The notes under the pieces: model-generated
The model's input: only the letters and a program-made list of their open reading frames with translations
Told to the model about the DNA's origin: nothing
Databases searched by the model: none
From: an uncultured Chloroflexia bacterium
GTDB lineage: Bacteria > Chloroflexota > Limnocylindria > QHBO01
Assembly: GCA_963814375.1 (NCBI GenBank)
Contig: CAWFCQ010000003.1
Coordinates: forward strand, 64,001 to 128,000
DNA: 64,000 bases
Direction of reading: 5' to 3'
Position numbers and translations under genes: made by a program
Part shown: in pieces, positions 51,154-60,967 of the stretch
Numbering within the stretch: position 1 is the first letter of the stretch
Layout: every line of letters begins with the position of its first letter

Positions 51154-52156
51154 CTACGGCCCGAGCGGAGGATCGATCGAGTCGACCCTATCGAAGGTGA
51201 GGTCCGGAACGCCCTCGGGCCTGGCCACGGTCGCAACGAGCTGATCCTGGTTGCTCTCGTCGACGGCGACGTTGATTTCGATATCCTCCGCCGCCCCTGA
51301 CTCCGCTCCGACCGTGAACGTGATCGTGTAGGCGACGGGCGTTCCGGCGGAGTCTCGCAGTGCGAATACCGATGCGGGGACCTCGTGCACCTCGCCGCTG
51401 CGCGTCAGGCACTCCGCGGGATTGCCGGGATCGGCAACCGCGCGCTCCCACCACCTGACCGACGCGGCACCTGCCGCGCTCGGGTCAGTTGGGTACGAGG
51501 TCTCGTCGAGGTCGAGCACCAGGCAGGGTCCGTCGGTATTGAACGGGCCGCGGAGCAGGTAGAGGCCGTTGGGCTGGAGCGCGGTGACGGCCGGGGTCGG
51601 CAGCGGATCCAGCGGCGGATCGATCACCTCGACGCGGTCGAAGACGAGGCCCTCTCCGGCACCGGCGATCGCCTGGATGAGCTCCGGCGTGCTTCGGGCT
51701 GCCAGGATCGTGACCTCGATGTTCGGGTCCCCGGCCGGCGTCGGAAGTGAGAAGCCCACGACGTATCCGACCGTCTCGTCCGGCGCATCGTCGTCTGCGA
51801 GTCGCGTCACGGACGCGGTGACCTCCTCGACCTCGCCGGTCCGGGTGTCGCAGCCGGTCATCCCGCGCTCCCAGTGCAGGACGGTCGCGACGCCATCGGG
51901 CGCGTCGGTGCCGACCGGGATACGAACTCGGCTCCAGCTGGAGCGCCAGGCACGGGCCGAAGAACGCCTCGCGCAGCCGATACAGGCCGATGGGCGGAAT
52001 CTGGGCATCCGTCGAGGGGGAGGGTTCGGGCGTCGCCGTGGCCACCGCCACCGGGGCCGCCTGCGGCAGCAGCGGCGCGGCCAGCATCAGGCCGAGAAGG
52101 ACCGCCGAGAGGACGGCCGCGACGGCGACGCCGGCGTCGAGGATGCGGGAGCCCAT
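51154..52156 (-). CDS. Membrane-anchored protein with two copies of an unknown domain; frameshift at ~51918
   Basis: N-terminal TM in one frame; repeats GLY.LR..F.GPCL...SYP...WER...C.TR.GEV...FDRV..IDPPL.P. Confidence 0.6.
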
Positions 52157-52314
52157 CGGCACAGGATGCCCGAAGTTGTCGGTGAGCGGAACGCGCTCGA
52201 TGGCAGGGCTGGCGAAGGAGCCGCGGGGCGCGCGACGGGTGGCCCTCGGCTGCTCCCCTGCGCCATACTGAACGCCTTCGTTGCAGCGCCCCATCCTTGT
52301 AGGAGCCGCCGCCC

Positions 52315-52644
52315 ATGAAGCTGGTTACCGCGATCGTCCATAACGAGGACGCCGGGACGCTCGTCGACGCACTGCTCGAGAAGGAGTACCGCGCAACGCG
52401 GGTCAACTCGTCGGGCGGATTTCTGAAGCAGGGAAATGCCACGATCCTCGTCGGGGTCGAGGACGACCAGGTCGATTCGGTGCTCGAGCTCATCAGCGCC
52501 AACTGCACGAGCCGCAAGCAGTTCGTGAACCCGATGCCGCCGATCATGGAGCCGGGCGAGTTCTACATGCCCTACCCGGTCGAGGTGGAGGTCGGCGGTG
52601 CGACGGTGTTCGTCCTGCCGGTGGAGCGCTTCGAGCGCCTCTGA
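52315..52644 (+). CDS. darA: PII-like cyclic di-AMP receptor (DarA/PstA)
   Basis: MKL..AIV..ED, SGGFLKQGN.T, VEVGGATVFV; near tmk as in Bacillota. Confidence 0.9.
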   Translation: MKLVTAIVHNEDAGTLVDALLEKEYRATRVNSSGGFLKQGNATILVGVEDDQVDSVLELISANCTSRKQFVNPMPPIMEPGEFYMPYPVEVEVGGATVFVLPVERFERL

Positions 52645-52885
52645 GGCTCGGCCCGCGTAGCAGCGCACGATGTGGCGAGCGAAATGCGCGCGAGGGCCGT
52701 CGAGCGTGTCAATTTCGCGGTAGATCGAGCGCGAGGGTGCGTAACGGGCGCCCACAGGCGCGGCTCGTGCGCATCGGTGCTCGACCCGGCGTGCAATTCG
52801 CGCCTGTCGAGCCGCCCTGGTGGAGATCGCCCGATTGATCGAGCGCCACGTCAGCTGCCGGCACGCGGCCGAGGATAATTCGGCC

Positions 52886-53497
52886 GTGAGCACGAACACC
52901 CCTGCCTGGGCCATCGATCTGGAGCGTGATGCGCCAGACGTCGTCGTCTGCTGGCACGCGCTCGACAACACATTCTCCGGCCTGAAGGCGCTTCGCCGAG
53001 AGCTCCGCGCCAGGGTCGCCACCGGCGACGCGTCCCGGATCCTGGCGCAGCAGGAGGCCGCGGGCGACGCCCTCGAGCGGGTGTTGCGCGCCATGCCCGA
53101 GCCGCTGCTGCGCGCCCCGGGCGGCGAGGAGGATTGGAACGTGGCGCAGGCCTTCGCGCACACCACCGCCGCCCGGCGGTTCCTCGGGACGTGGGCCGCG
53201 CTCGACGCGGGCGGCGAGTGGCCCGCAGAGCGCGCCCCGACCGTGACCCCGTCTGTGCCGGGCCGCCCTGACGCCACCCGCGAGGAGCTGTTGGTCCTGC
53301 TCGACAAGTCGAGGCGAGCGATCAGGGAGGCGGCGGAGCGCATCGAGGGCAACGAACGCCAGCGCTGCGGCATGCAGCACCCGCTGGTGGGCCGTCTGCG
53401 CTGCGGGGAGTGGCTCCTCTTCCTGGGCATCCACGACTGCATGCATCTCGAGCAGCTCCACGGCCTCCTCGCAGCGCACGGACGCGCCGATGCCTGA
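52886..53497 (+). CDS. DinB family protein
   Basis: W...Q..AH, HP..G, W...HD..HLEQ. Confidence 0.75.
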   Translation: MSTNTPAWAIDLERDAPDVVVCWHALDNTFSGLKALRRELRARVATGDASRILAQQEAAGDALERVLRAMPEPLLRAPGGEEDWNVAQAFAHTTAARRFLGTWAALDAGGEWPAERAPTVTPSVPGRPDATREELLVLLDKSRRAIREAAERIEGNERQRCGMQHPLVGRLRCGEWLLFLGIHDCMHLEQLHGLLAAHGRADA

Positions 53498-54620
53498 GCG
53501 CCCGGCGCCCCTCGTCCTGGTCACGACCCCGCCCGAGGGCCAGCCGTTCGGGTCGCATGCCGCCGTCGCGGCCGACGGGCAGCGGCTCCTGGCCACCGAT
53601 CTCTCCCGACGGCTCGGCCGCCTCGGGGCGGCGGTCGCGCCGTTGCCGCCCGGCGCGCCGGACGCCGGCGAGCCCTTCCATTGGGGCCGATGGTTCACCG
53701 CGGCGGCCCGCCGGTCCCTCGCCGACGCGGCCGAACCGCTCGACGCCATCGGCTATGCCGGTGGCTCTGCGCTCTCGCTGGTCGCCGACGATGACCTGGA
53801 TGCGCTTCTCTCGCCGATCCCCGGCGAGGTCGTGGCCAACAACCGCTTCAGCGCCGATGCGTTCGTCGTGGCCGGCGAGCTCGACGCAGCCTTGGGGGCG
53901 CTCGAGGGTTGCCCGAGTGACAACGCCGCACCACGCCGGCTGAGCGAGGCGGGATTCGCCTGGCGCGATCTTGGCGAGGCGGCGTGGGCCCGGTTCGACG
54001 TGGACACGACCCTCGACCTGGCGTTGCTCCGGCTCGCCACCCGCCTGCCCGGCACGCGCTCTCCGGAGCCATCGGTGGCGGCATTCCTGGAGATGGCGCG
54101 CGTGCCCGGCGACCGGCCGCTCGAGGTGCCGAACCTCGCGCCCATCGGCGAGGTCATCCGCGATCAACGTGCCGAGCTGGTGGTGGCGGGTCGGGTCCCG
54201 GGCTCGACCCAGCAGCACCTCGAGACCGAGACGGCCTGCCGCGTCCGATCCATCGTCGAGGAGCGCGGGATGCGCTCGGCGCGGGAAGGGCGGCCACCTC
54301 GCTCCATCCTGTCGGCGCTCATGGAGCGATCCTCACCCGCTGAGCTCATCGGCGAGCTTGCGCGTCTCGGCGACGCGGTCGTGCTCGACACGCGAGTGCT
54401 GATGGCGGCGGTGGCTGAGTCGGCGGAGGCCTCGGCCTGGCCGCTGGAGGAGGATCGCTTCGCGTCCGACTTCGGCGATCACGCGCGCATCTCGACGCCG
54501 TGGCTGAGGGATCTGACCGAGGCGGCCGCGGACGCGCAGGTGCCCTTCCTGTTCGGCGGCCACGCCCTCGTCAGCGATGGCCTGCGACTGATCGTGGCCG
54601 CTGCATGGCAGGGCCGTTGA
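53490..54620 (+). CDS. Hypothetical protein, CofC/GT-A nucleotidyltransferase-like
   Basis: NNRFSAD, DN, FDVDTTLDL motif reminiscent of CofC DVDTP.DL. Confidence 0.5.
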   Translation: MPERPAPLVLVTTPPEGQPFGSHAAVAADGQRLLATDLSRRLGRLGAAVAPLPPGAPDAGEPFHWGRWFTAAARRSLADAAEPLDAIGYAGGSALSLVADDDLDALLSPIPGEVVANNRFSADAFVVAGELDAALGALEGCPSDNAAPRRLSEAGFAWRDLGEAAWARFDVDTTLDLALLRLATRLPGTRSPEPSVAAFLEMARVPGDRPLEVPNLAPIGEVIRDQRAELVVAGRVPGSTQQHLETETACRVRSIVEERGMRSAREGRPPRSILSALMERSSPAELIGELARLGDAVVLDTRVLMAAVAESAEASAWPLEEDRFASDFGDHARISTPWLRDLTEAAADAQVPFLFGGHALVSDGLRLIVAAAWQGR

Positions 54621-54770
54621 TGTGGCGGGATGAGCGTGGATCGGCGCCAGGGTCCCCCTGCTAGACTGTGATCGAGGCGCCCGCCTCGTGCAGCGTCTCG
54701 CCAACGATTGACAACATCGCGGACCGCGAGGTCCGCTCAGCAATCACCGCGCGTTGCGACCGGAGTGGAG

Positions 54771-55130
54771 ATGGATCACACCGGACTGCTCTACGTCATC
54801 GGTTTCGGGTTCGCCGCGACGACGTTCGTCTTCGGGACGATCCTGTTCAGCTGGCTGATCACCCATCGGCGCCGCAGCCCTCAGAAGGGCCTCCCGTACG
54901 AGTCGGGCGTCGACACCATCGGTGACACCTGGAGCCGGTTCGGACTGGCCTTCTATCTGTACGCCCTGCTCTTCGTGGCCTTCGACGTCGAGATCATCTT
55001 CGTCTACCTGTGGGCCATCACGGTGCGGGCCATCGAGTTCCAGGGGATCGTCCTGATCGGCATCTTCCTTGCGATCTTGATGTTCGGCGAGCTGTACGCG
55101 TGGAAGAAGGGGGACCTGCGATGGCAATAG
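54771..55130 (+). CDS. nuoA: NADH-quinone oxidoreductase subunit A
   Basis: [28 protein letters not shown]. Confidence 0.93.
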   Translation: MDHTGLLYVIGFGFAATTFVFGTILFSWLITHRRRSPQKGLPYESGVDTIGDTWSRFGLAFYLYALLFVAFDVEIIFVYLWAITVRAIEFQGIVLIGIFLAILMFGELYAWKKGDLRWQ

Positions 55131-55801
55131 ACCGAACGCCTCCGAGCGGCCACACCGAACCGCCCACGTCCGGAACCGAGCTCGTCGCCAACGACGGCGG
55201 GGGGCAGATCATCATCCCCGAGGGCGCGGGCGACGCCGATCTGCTGCGCCCGTTCGGGATGGAGGAGCATCCGCAGGGCGGGTTCCACGGCCTGCTCGAG
55301 GTGATTCCGACCAAAGCCGACCTCATCCTCGACCTGATCCGGGCGAACTCGCTATGGCCGCTCCTCTCGGGCCTGTCGTGCTGCGCGATCGAGATGATGA
55401 GCACGGCCACGAGCGTCAACGACATCGACCGATTCGGCTCGTTTCCGTTCCGTGCCAGCCCGCGACAGGCCGATGTTCTGATCGTGGCGGGGACACTCAC
55501 GACCAAGATGGCCGGGCCGCTCGTGCGCCTCTGGGAGCAGATGCCCGAGCCGAAATGGGTCGTGGCGATGGGGACCTGCACGACATCCGGCGGCCGCTTC
55601 AAGCGCTCCTACTCGGTCGTCCAGGGAGTCGACCGGGTCATGCCCGTCGATGTCTACGTGCCGGGCTGCCCGCCGCGCCCGGAGGGCCTCATCTACGGGA
55701 TGATGAAGCTCCACGAGCTCGTGAAGCAGCGGCGCGGCGAATGGAGCACGTTCGTCGACCGCGGACCGCAGCGGACGCGCTGGGAAGGAGACGTTCGCTG
55801 A
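55121..55801 (+). CDS. nuoB: NADH-quinone oxidoreductase subunit B
   Basis: [29 protein letters not shown]. Confidence 0.95.
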   Translation: MAIDRTPPSGHTEPPTSGTELVANDGGGQIIIPEGAGDADLLRPFGMEEHPQGGFHGLLEVIPTKADLILDLIRANSLWPLLSGLSCCAIEMMSTATSVNDIDRFGSFPFRASPRQADVLIVAGTLTTKMAGPLVRLWEQMPEPKWVVAMGTCTTSGGRFKRSYSVVQGVDRVMPVDVYVPGCPPRPEGLIYGMMKLHELVKQRRGEWSTFVDRGPQRTRWEGDVR

Positions 55802-56439
55802 GCACGCCCGCGACCGCAGGCTCGCTCGTCCGAACCCTCACCGAGCGCCTGGGCCCCGACGTCGGCGACCTCTGGACCGATGAGGACACCGTCGAGTTCT
55901 CGATCGACGGTGCGCGCAACCTCGAGGTCCTGGCGCAGCTGCGCGACGATCCCGACCTCGGCTTCTTCATGCTGGCCGACGAGGCTGCCGTGGACTACGG
56001 CGTCGGCGCCCACTTCGAGGTGGTGTATCACCTGTTCAGCTGGAAGCACCCCGCCTGGCTTCGCGTGCGCGCCAAGGTCGACCGCGCCGACCCGCGCATC
56101 CGCTCCGTTACCCACCTGTGGGAGGGCGCGATGTTTCACGAGCGCGAGGCCTACGACATGATGGGCATCGTGTTCGAAGGCAACCGCGACCTGCGCCGGA
56201 TCTACATGTCGCCCGACTACCGCAGCTTCCCGCAGCGTCGCGACTTCATCCTGCCCGACGACGCCGCCGACTCGCCCGCCGCCGGCGTCAATCCGCTGGA
56301 GCGACCGGAGACGTGGGACCTTGCCCGCTTCCGTGACGCGCCGGCGGTGACGTATCCACCCGCGTCCGAGCGTGAGGACGCGCCGGCCGAGCGGGTCGAG
56401 TCTGGCGAGACGCTGGCCGATCGGAGCCGGCCGCGATGA
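55798..56439 (+). CDS. nuoC: NADH-quinone oxidoreductase subunit C; probable CTG start
   Basis: [27 protein letters not shown]; CTGA overlap with nuoB stop. Confidence 0.88.
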   Translation: MSTPATAGSLVRTLTERLGPDVGDLWTDEDTVEFSIDGARNLEVLAQLRDDPDLGFFMLADEAAVDYGVGAHFEVVYHLFSWKHPAWLRVRAKVDRADPRIRSVTHLWEGAMFHEREAYDMMGIVFEGNRDLRRIYMSPDYRSFPQRRDFILPDDAADSPAAGVNPLERPETWDLARFRDAPAVTYPPASEREDAPAERVESGETLADRSRPR

Positions 56440-57719
56440 CGACGACTGATCCGGAGGTCCGCATCCCGGACCCGATCGAGCTCGACCGGGCCGAGGAGGC
56501 CCGCCTGCGTGCCGCCTCCGGTTTGACGCCGCCCGTCGAGCGGCGGCCCGAGTACGCCGGCTTCGAGTCGGTCGGGATCCCGGACCGGCCGCCGCAGACG
56601 GACCGCGAGCGAGACGTCTACAGCCTCGAGGAGGGCGAGATGCTCCTCAACATGGGGCCACAGCATCCGTCCACCCACGGTGTCATGCGCCTGGTCGTGA
56701 AGGTGCGCGGCGAGGTCATCATCGACATCGACCCGGTGCTCGGCTACCTCCATCGCGGGATCGAGAAGCTGTGCGAGAACGCGACCTACACGACCGTGCT
56801 CACCTACGTCGACCCGATGGACTACCTCGGCACGATGCACAACGAACACGCCCCGGCCATCGCCTTCGAGAAGCTGTACGGCATCCGGCCGCCGAAGCGG
56901 GCCGAGTACATCCGCGCGCTGGTGGTGGAGCTGAACCGCATCTTCAGCCACGGCCTGATGATGGGCTTCCTGGCGCTCGACATGGGCGGGCTGACCCCGA
57001 TCCTCTACAGCTTCATCAACCGCGACGAGATCGTCGACATGCTGTCGGCCATCAGCGGACAGCGGATGCTCTTCAACTTCTTCCGCGTCGGCGGCGTGAA
57101 CTGGGACACCAACGACGAGTTCCTCTCGCGGCTGGGGACGTGGCGCGGCACCGTCATGAAGAACATCGAGATGAACGAGCGGATGATCACGGAGAACGAG
57201 ATCTTCACCGCCCGGACGCGCGGGATGGGCGTCCTGACCGGCGACGAGGCCATCTCGCTCGGTGTCACCGGCCCGAACCTGCGAGCGTCCGGCGTGCCGT
57301 TCGACGTGCGCAAGGCCCACCCGTACTCGATCTACCACGAGCTCGAGTTCGACGTCATCACCCACCAGACCGGCGACTCGTACGCCCGCTACCTCCAGCG
57401 CATCGCCGAGGTCAAGCAGAGCATCCACCTCATCGACCAGATCGTGGACCGCATGCCGCACGGCGCGGTGCAGGCCCAGGTGCCGGGCATCATTCGCCCC
57501 AAGCCGGGCCGCGCCTACGGCGCCGTCGAGTCGCCGCGCGGGCTCTACAGCGTCTACGCCATCAGCGATGGCGGGCCCAACCCGTATCGGTTCCGAATGC
57601 GCGACCCGTCGTTCATCAGCCTCCAGGCGCTGCCCAAGGTCATGCCAGGCAAGCTCATCGCCGACACGATGGCGGTGATGGCCAGCTTCGACCCGGTCAT
57701 GGGCGGCGTGGACAAGTAG
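56436..57719 (+). CDS. nuoD: NADH-quinone oxidoreductase subunit D
   Basis: NMGPQHPSTHGV, GYLHRG.EK, DY, ELNRI, GP.LRASG, ESPRG, D.V.GGVDK. Confidence 0.95.
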   Translation: MTTTDPEVRIPDPIELDRAEEARLRAASGLTPPVERRPEYAGFESVGIPDRPPQTDRERDVYSLEEGEMLLNMGPQHPSTHGVMRLVVKVRGEVIIDIDPVLGYLHRGIEKLCENATYTTVLTYVDPMDYLGTMHNEHAPAIAFEKLYGIRPPKRAEYIRALVVELNRIFSHGLMMGFLALDMGGLTPILYSFINRDEIVDMLSAISGQRMLFNFFRVGGVNWDTNDEFLSRLGTWRGTVMKNIEMNERMITENEIFTARTRGMGVLTGDEAISLGVTGPNLRASGVPFDVRKAHPYSIYHELEFDVITHQTGDSYARYLQRIAEVKQSIHLIDQIVDRMPHGAVQAQVPGIIRPKPGRAYGAVESPRGLYSVYAISDGGPNPYRFRMRDPSFISLQALPKVMPGKLIADTMAVMASFDPVMGGVDK

Positions 57720-57746
57720 CCGATGGCCCCATAGATGGCTGTATAG

Positions 57747-58757
57747 ATGGACTGGGAGCTCGTCCTCGGCCTCGGGCGCTTCGTGCTTGCCACGACGCTG
57801 ATCCTGCTGCTCACCGTGCCGACCGCGTTCGTGATCATCCAGATGGAGATGAAGATCATCGCCCAGCTGGCGCTGCGCTTCGGGCCGAACCGGATCGGTC
57901 CGCGCGGCATTTTCCAGAGCACCATCCACGGCTTCAAGGTGCTCGCCAAGGAGGACACCGTCCCCGACCAGGCCGACCGGGTCGCCTTCACGATGGCCCC
58001 CTGGATGGTGTACATGGCGGCGGCGATGAGCATGCTCGTCATGCCCTTCGCGCCCGGGGCGATCGCGGCCGACATGAACATCGGCATCGTCTACTTCTTC
58101 GCCGTCCTCGGTCTCTCGGTGGTCGGCCTGCTCGTGGCCGGGTGGGCCAGCTACAACAAGTACTCGCTGCTCGGCGGGCTGCGCTCCGCGGCGCAGATGG
58201 TGAGCTACGAGATCCCGCTGACCCTGTCCATCGTCGGGGCGGTCGTCCTGGCCGGGACCCTCAGCTTCAGCGAGCTCATCGCCTGGCAGCTGGAGCACGG
58301 CTGGCTGCTCTGGTGGCAGCCGGTCGGCCTCGCCATCTTCTACGTCGCCAGCCTGGCCGAGATCAACCGCACTCCGTTCGACATGGTCGAGGCCGACAGC
58401 GAGCTGGTGGCGGGCCCGTTCACCGAGTACTCCGGGATGCGCTTCGGCTTCTTCTTCTTCGCTGAGTACGTCGCGCTGTTCATCATGAGCGGCATCCTCA
58501 TCAGCCTCTTCTTCGGCGGCTGGCTGGCGCCGTGGCCATTTCCGGCCCAGCTGGGCGGGTTCGCCGGGACGCTGTACGGCATCTTTTGGTTCTTCCTCAA
58601 GACCTACATCTTCGTGGCGATCGCGGTCTGGCTGCGCGGCACCCTGCCCCGCGTCCGGGTCGACCAGCTGATGGGCATGGCCTGGAAGGTCCTGCTGCCG
58701 CTGGCGCTCATCAACCTGTTCGTCACGGCCATCGCGGTCGTCGTCTTCGAGCTGTAG
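57747..58757 (+). CDS. nuoH: NADH-quinone oxidoreductase subunit H
   Basis: GPNRIGP, KY.LLGGLRSAAQM.SYE, AE.NRTPFD..EA.SELV, TLPR.R.DQ. Confidence 0.95.
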   Translation: MDWELVLGLGRFVLATTLILLLTVPTAFVIIQMEMKIIAQLALRFGPNRIGPRGIFQSTIHGFKVLAKEDTVPDQADRVAFTMAPWMVYMAAAMSMLVMPFAPGAIAADMNIGIVYFFAVLGLSVVGLLVAGWASYNKYSLLGGLRSAAQMVSYEIPLTLSIVGAVVLAGTLSFSELIAWQLEHGWLLWWQPVGLAIFYVASLAEINRTPFDMVEADSELVAGPFTEYSGMRFGFFFFAEYVALFIMSGILISLFFGGWLAPWPFPAQLGGFAGTLYGIFWFFLKTYIFVAIAVWLRGTLPRVRVDQLMGMAWKVLLPLALINLFVTAIAVVVFEL

Positions 58758-58769
58758 GAGGACGGACCG

Positions 58770-59609
58770 ATGGCGTTCCCCGGTGCCGGCATCGCCAAGG
58801 GCATGGCCACGACATTCCGCAACTTCTTCGCGCCCAAGGTGACGCGCCAGTACCCCGAGGAGCGGCCCCAGATCCCCGATCGCTGGCGCGGTCGGCTCGA
58901 CCTGATCTACGACCCCTTCGGCGAGCACAAGTGCGAGGTCTGCTTCCAGTGCGCGCAGGTCTGCCCGGTCGAGGCCATCGACATGAGCGGATTCGACTCG
59001 ACCGGGAACCGGATCCGATACGGCCTGCCCGAGATCTACGACGAGCGCAAGGACGCCAACGCCTACCGCCGAGCGGGTCTGCCGGCTCGGCCGATGCGCA
59101 ACGCCGCGCGCTGGGATGAGGCCGTCGACACGCCGTGGGTCGACGAGACGATCGACGCCTTCGGCGGCCGATCCGAGGCTCTGGTCGCGATCTTCCGGGC
59201 CGTCCAGGATCGCTACGGCTACCTGCCCGAGCATGCGCTGCGTCGGATCAGCGATCGGCTGACGATCCACTGGGCACAGGTCTTCGGCGCCGCCGGGCTG
59301 GGCGGCTTCCGCCTGCTCCCGGCCGGCGGCCACGTCATCACCGTGTGTGACTGTGCCGCCTGCCGCTTCGCGGGCGGCAGCGCGGTCCTGGCGGCGGTCG
59401 AGAGCGAGCTCGGCATCCGGGCGGGCGAGGAGACCCCGGACGGGACCTTCAGCCTGGAGCGCGGCACCGATGTCGGCGCGGGCTCGCTGAGCCCGGCGAT
59501 CCGCATCGACACCCTCGTATTCGGGCCGGTCGACGCCGCCAAGGCTCGGCACATCGTCGGAGAGCGCCGCGCCACCGCAGCGCGCCCTGCGAGCGGGGCC
59601 GTCAGCTGA
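58770..59609 (+). CDS. Fusion of NuoI N-terminal half and a degenerate NuoE-like domain
   Basis: T.QYPEE..RWRG..CEVCFQCAQVCPVEAI (single motif); then VQDRYGYLP, TVCDCAAC, TPDG.FSL. Confidence 0.85.
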   Translation: MAFPGAGIAKGMATTFRNFFAPKVTRQYPEERPQIPDRWRGRLDLIYDPFGEHKCEVCFQCAQVCPVEAIDMSGFDSTGNRIRYGLPEIYDERKDANAYRRAGLPARPMRNAARWDEAVDTPWVDETIDAFGGRSEALVAIFRAVQDRYGYLPEHALRRISDRLTIHWAQVFGAAGLGGFRLLPAGGHVITVCDCAACRFAGGSAVLAAVESELGIRAGEETPDGTFSLERGTDVGAGSLSPAIRIDTLVFGPVDAAKARHIVGERRATAARPASGAVS

Positions 59610-60961
59610 TGGCCAGCACGATCTCCCCCCAGATCAGCATTCTGCCCGGCGGCGAGCACCGCCTGCTGACCGACATCGGTCGGGTCGACCCTACGAGCCT
59701 CGCCAGCTATCGCGAGCGCGGCGGGTACGGCGGCCTCGAGCGTGCGGTCACACGCCTCGCTCCAGAGGAGGTCATCGGTGAAATCGAGGCAGCCGGGCTA
59801 CGCGGCCGCGGAGGCTCCGGCTACTCGACCGGCGCGAAGTGGCGCGTCGCGCGGGAGGCGCCCGGCGACCGCACGATCGTCGTCGCCAACCTCATGGGCG
59901 CGGATCCGAGCGCCCTCGGCGATCGGGCCCTGGCCGAGGGCAATCCGCACCTGGTCGTCGAGGGCGCGCTGATCGCCGCCTATGCCGTCGGAGCAACCGA
60001 GGCGATCATCGCCGTCCGCCGCGACTGGACCGATGCGATCGCGCGGCTCCGGGCCGCCGCGGCCGAGGCGACCGAGGCGCACCTGGCCGGCTACCTCGTG
60101 CTTGGCACCGACACGAGCATCCAGCTCAGCGTGTGGGAAGGGTCCGGGGCGTACGTCGCGGGAGAGGAGACAGCGCTGCTGAACGCCCTGGCCGGCGACC
60201 GCGGCATGCCGGCCATTCGTCCGCCGTATCCGGCCACGCGCGGCCTGGGAGACGCACCGACCGTCGTCCAGAACGGCGAGACCCTGGCGCATGTCGCGTG
60301 GATCCTGTCGCACTCGGCGGAGGCGTTCGCATCGGTCGGCAGCGCGGCCAGCCGGGGCACGAAGCTGGTCACGGTCATGGGGCGGGTCGGCGAGCCCGGC
60401 CTGGTCGAGGTCCCGCTGGGCACCTCGCTGCTCGACATCGTAACCCTCGCCGGCGGCGGCACCGGCGCGAGCAAGGCGGCCTTCGTGGGCGGGCCGGGCG
60501 GTGGCGCGATCGAGTCCGGCGCGTTCAGCGGCACGCCATACGACTACGAGGCGCTCGAGGCCGCCGGCGCGATCATCGGCTCGGGCGCCGTCCTCGTGGT
60601 GGATGCGGCAACCTGCATGGTCGACAGCGCTCGATTCTTCGTCGACTTCAGCGCCCGAGAGGCGTGCGGCAAGGCCGTCCCGTGCCGCATCGGTACCAAG
60701 CGCCTGGTCGAGGGGCTCGACCGCATCCTGGCCGGGACGCCCCGACCGAACGACTTCAATCTTCTCCGCGAGCTCTCGCGCAAGATGAGCGACACGGCGC
60801 TGTGCAAGCTCGAGCGCCTGGCGCCGGGACCGATCCTCACGACGCTCGATCGGTTCGGCGACGAGTACCGGGCGCATGCCGAGCGCGGCGAGTGCCTGGC
60901 CGGCGCCTGCGCCACCGGCGGGCTGCCGCCCCTCATCTCCCCGTTGGCCGGGCTAGAGTAG
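59609..60961 (+). CDS. nuoF: NuoF/HydB-like flavoprotein subunit, degenerate
   Basis: GLRGRGG, GAY..GEETAL, GTKL, GGPGGG, CGKAVPCRIG. Confidence 0.8.
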   Translation: MASTISPQISILPGGEHRLLTDIGRVDPTSLASYRERGGYGGLERAVTRLAPEEVIGEIEAAGLRGRGGSGYSTGAKWRVAREAPGDRTIVVANLMGADPSALGDRALAEGNPHLVVEGALIAAYAVGATEAIIAVRRDWTDAIARLRAAAAEATEAHLAGYLVLGTDTSIQLSVWEGSGAYVAGEETALLNALAGDRGMPAIRPPYPATRGLGDAPTVVQNGETLAHVAWILSHSAEAFASVGSAASRGTKLVTVMGRVGEPGLVEVPLGTSLLDIVTLAGGGTGASKAAFVGGPGGGAIESGAFSGTPYDYEALEAAGAIIGSGAVLVVDAATCMVDSARFFVDFSAREACGKAVPCRIGTKRLVEGLDRILAGTPRPNDFNLLRELSRKMSDTALCKLERLAPGPILTTLDRFGDEYRAHAERGECLAGACATGGLPPLISPLAGLE

Positions 60962-60967
60962 GCCGCG

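Noticed and set aside
55121-57719. Group 4 [NiFe]-hydrogenase
   Set aside because: NuoD lacks the Ni-binding CxxC motifs and keeps quinone-site His/Tyr; NuoB has tandem CC
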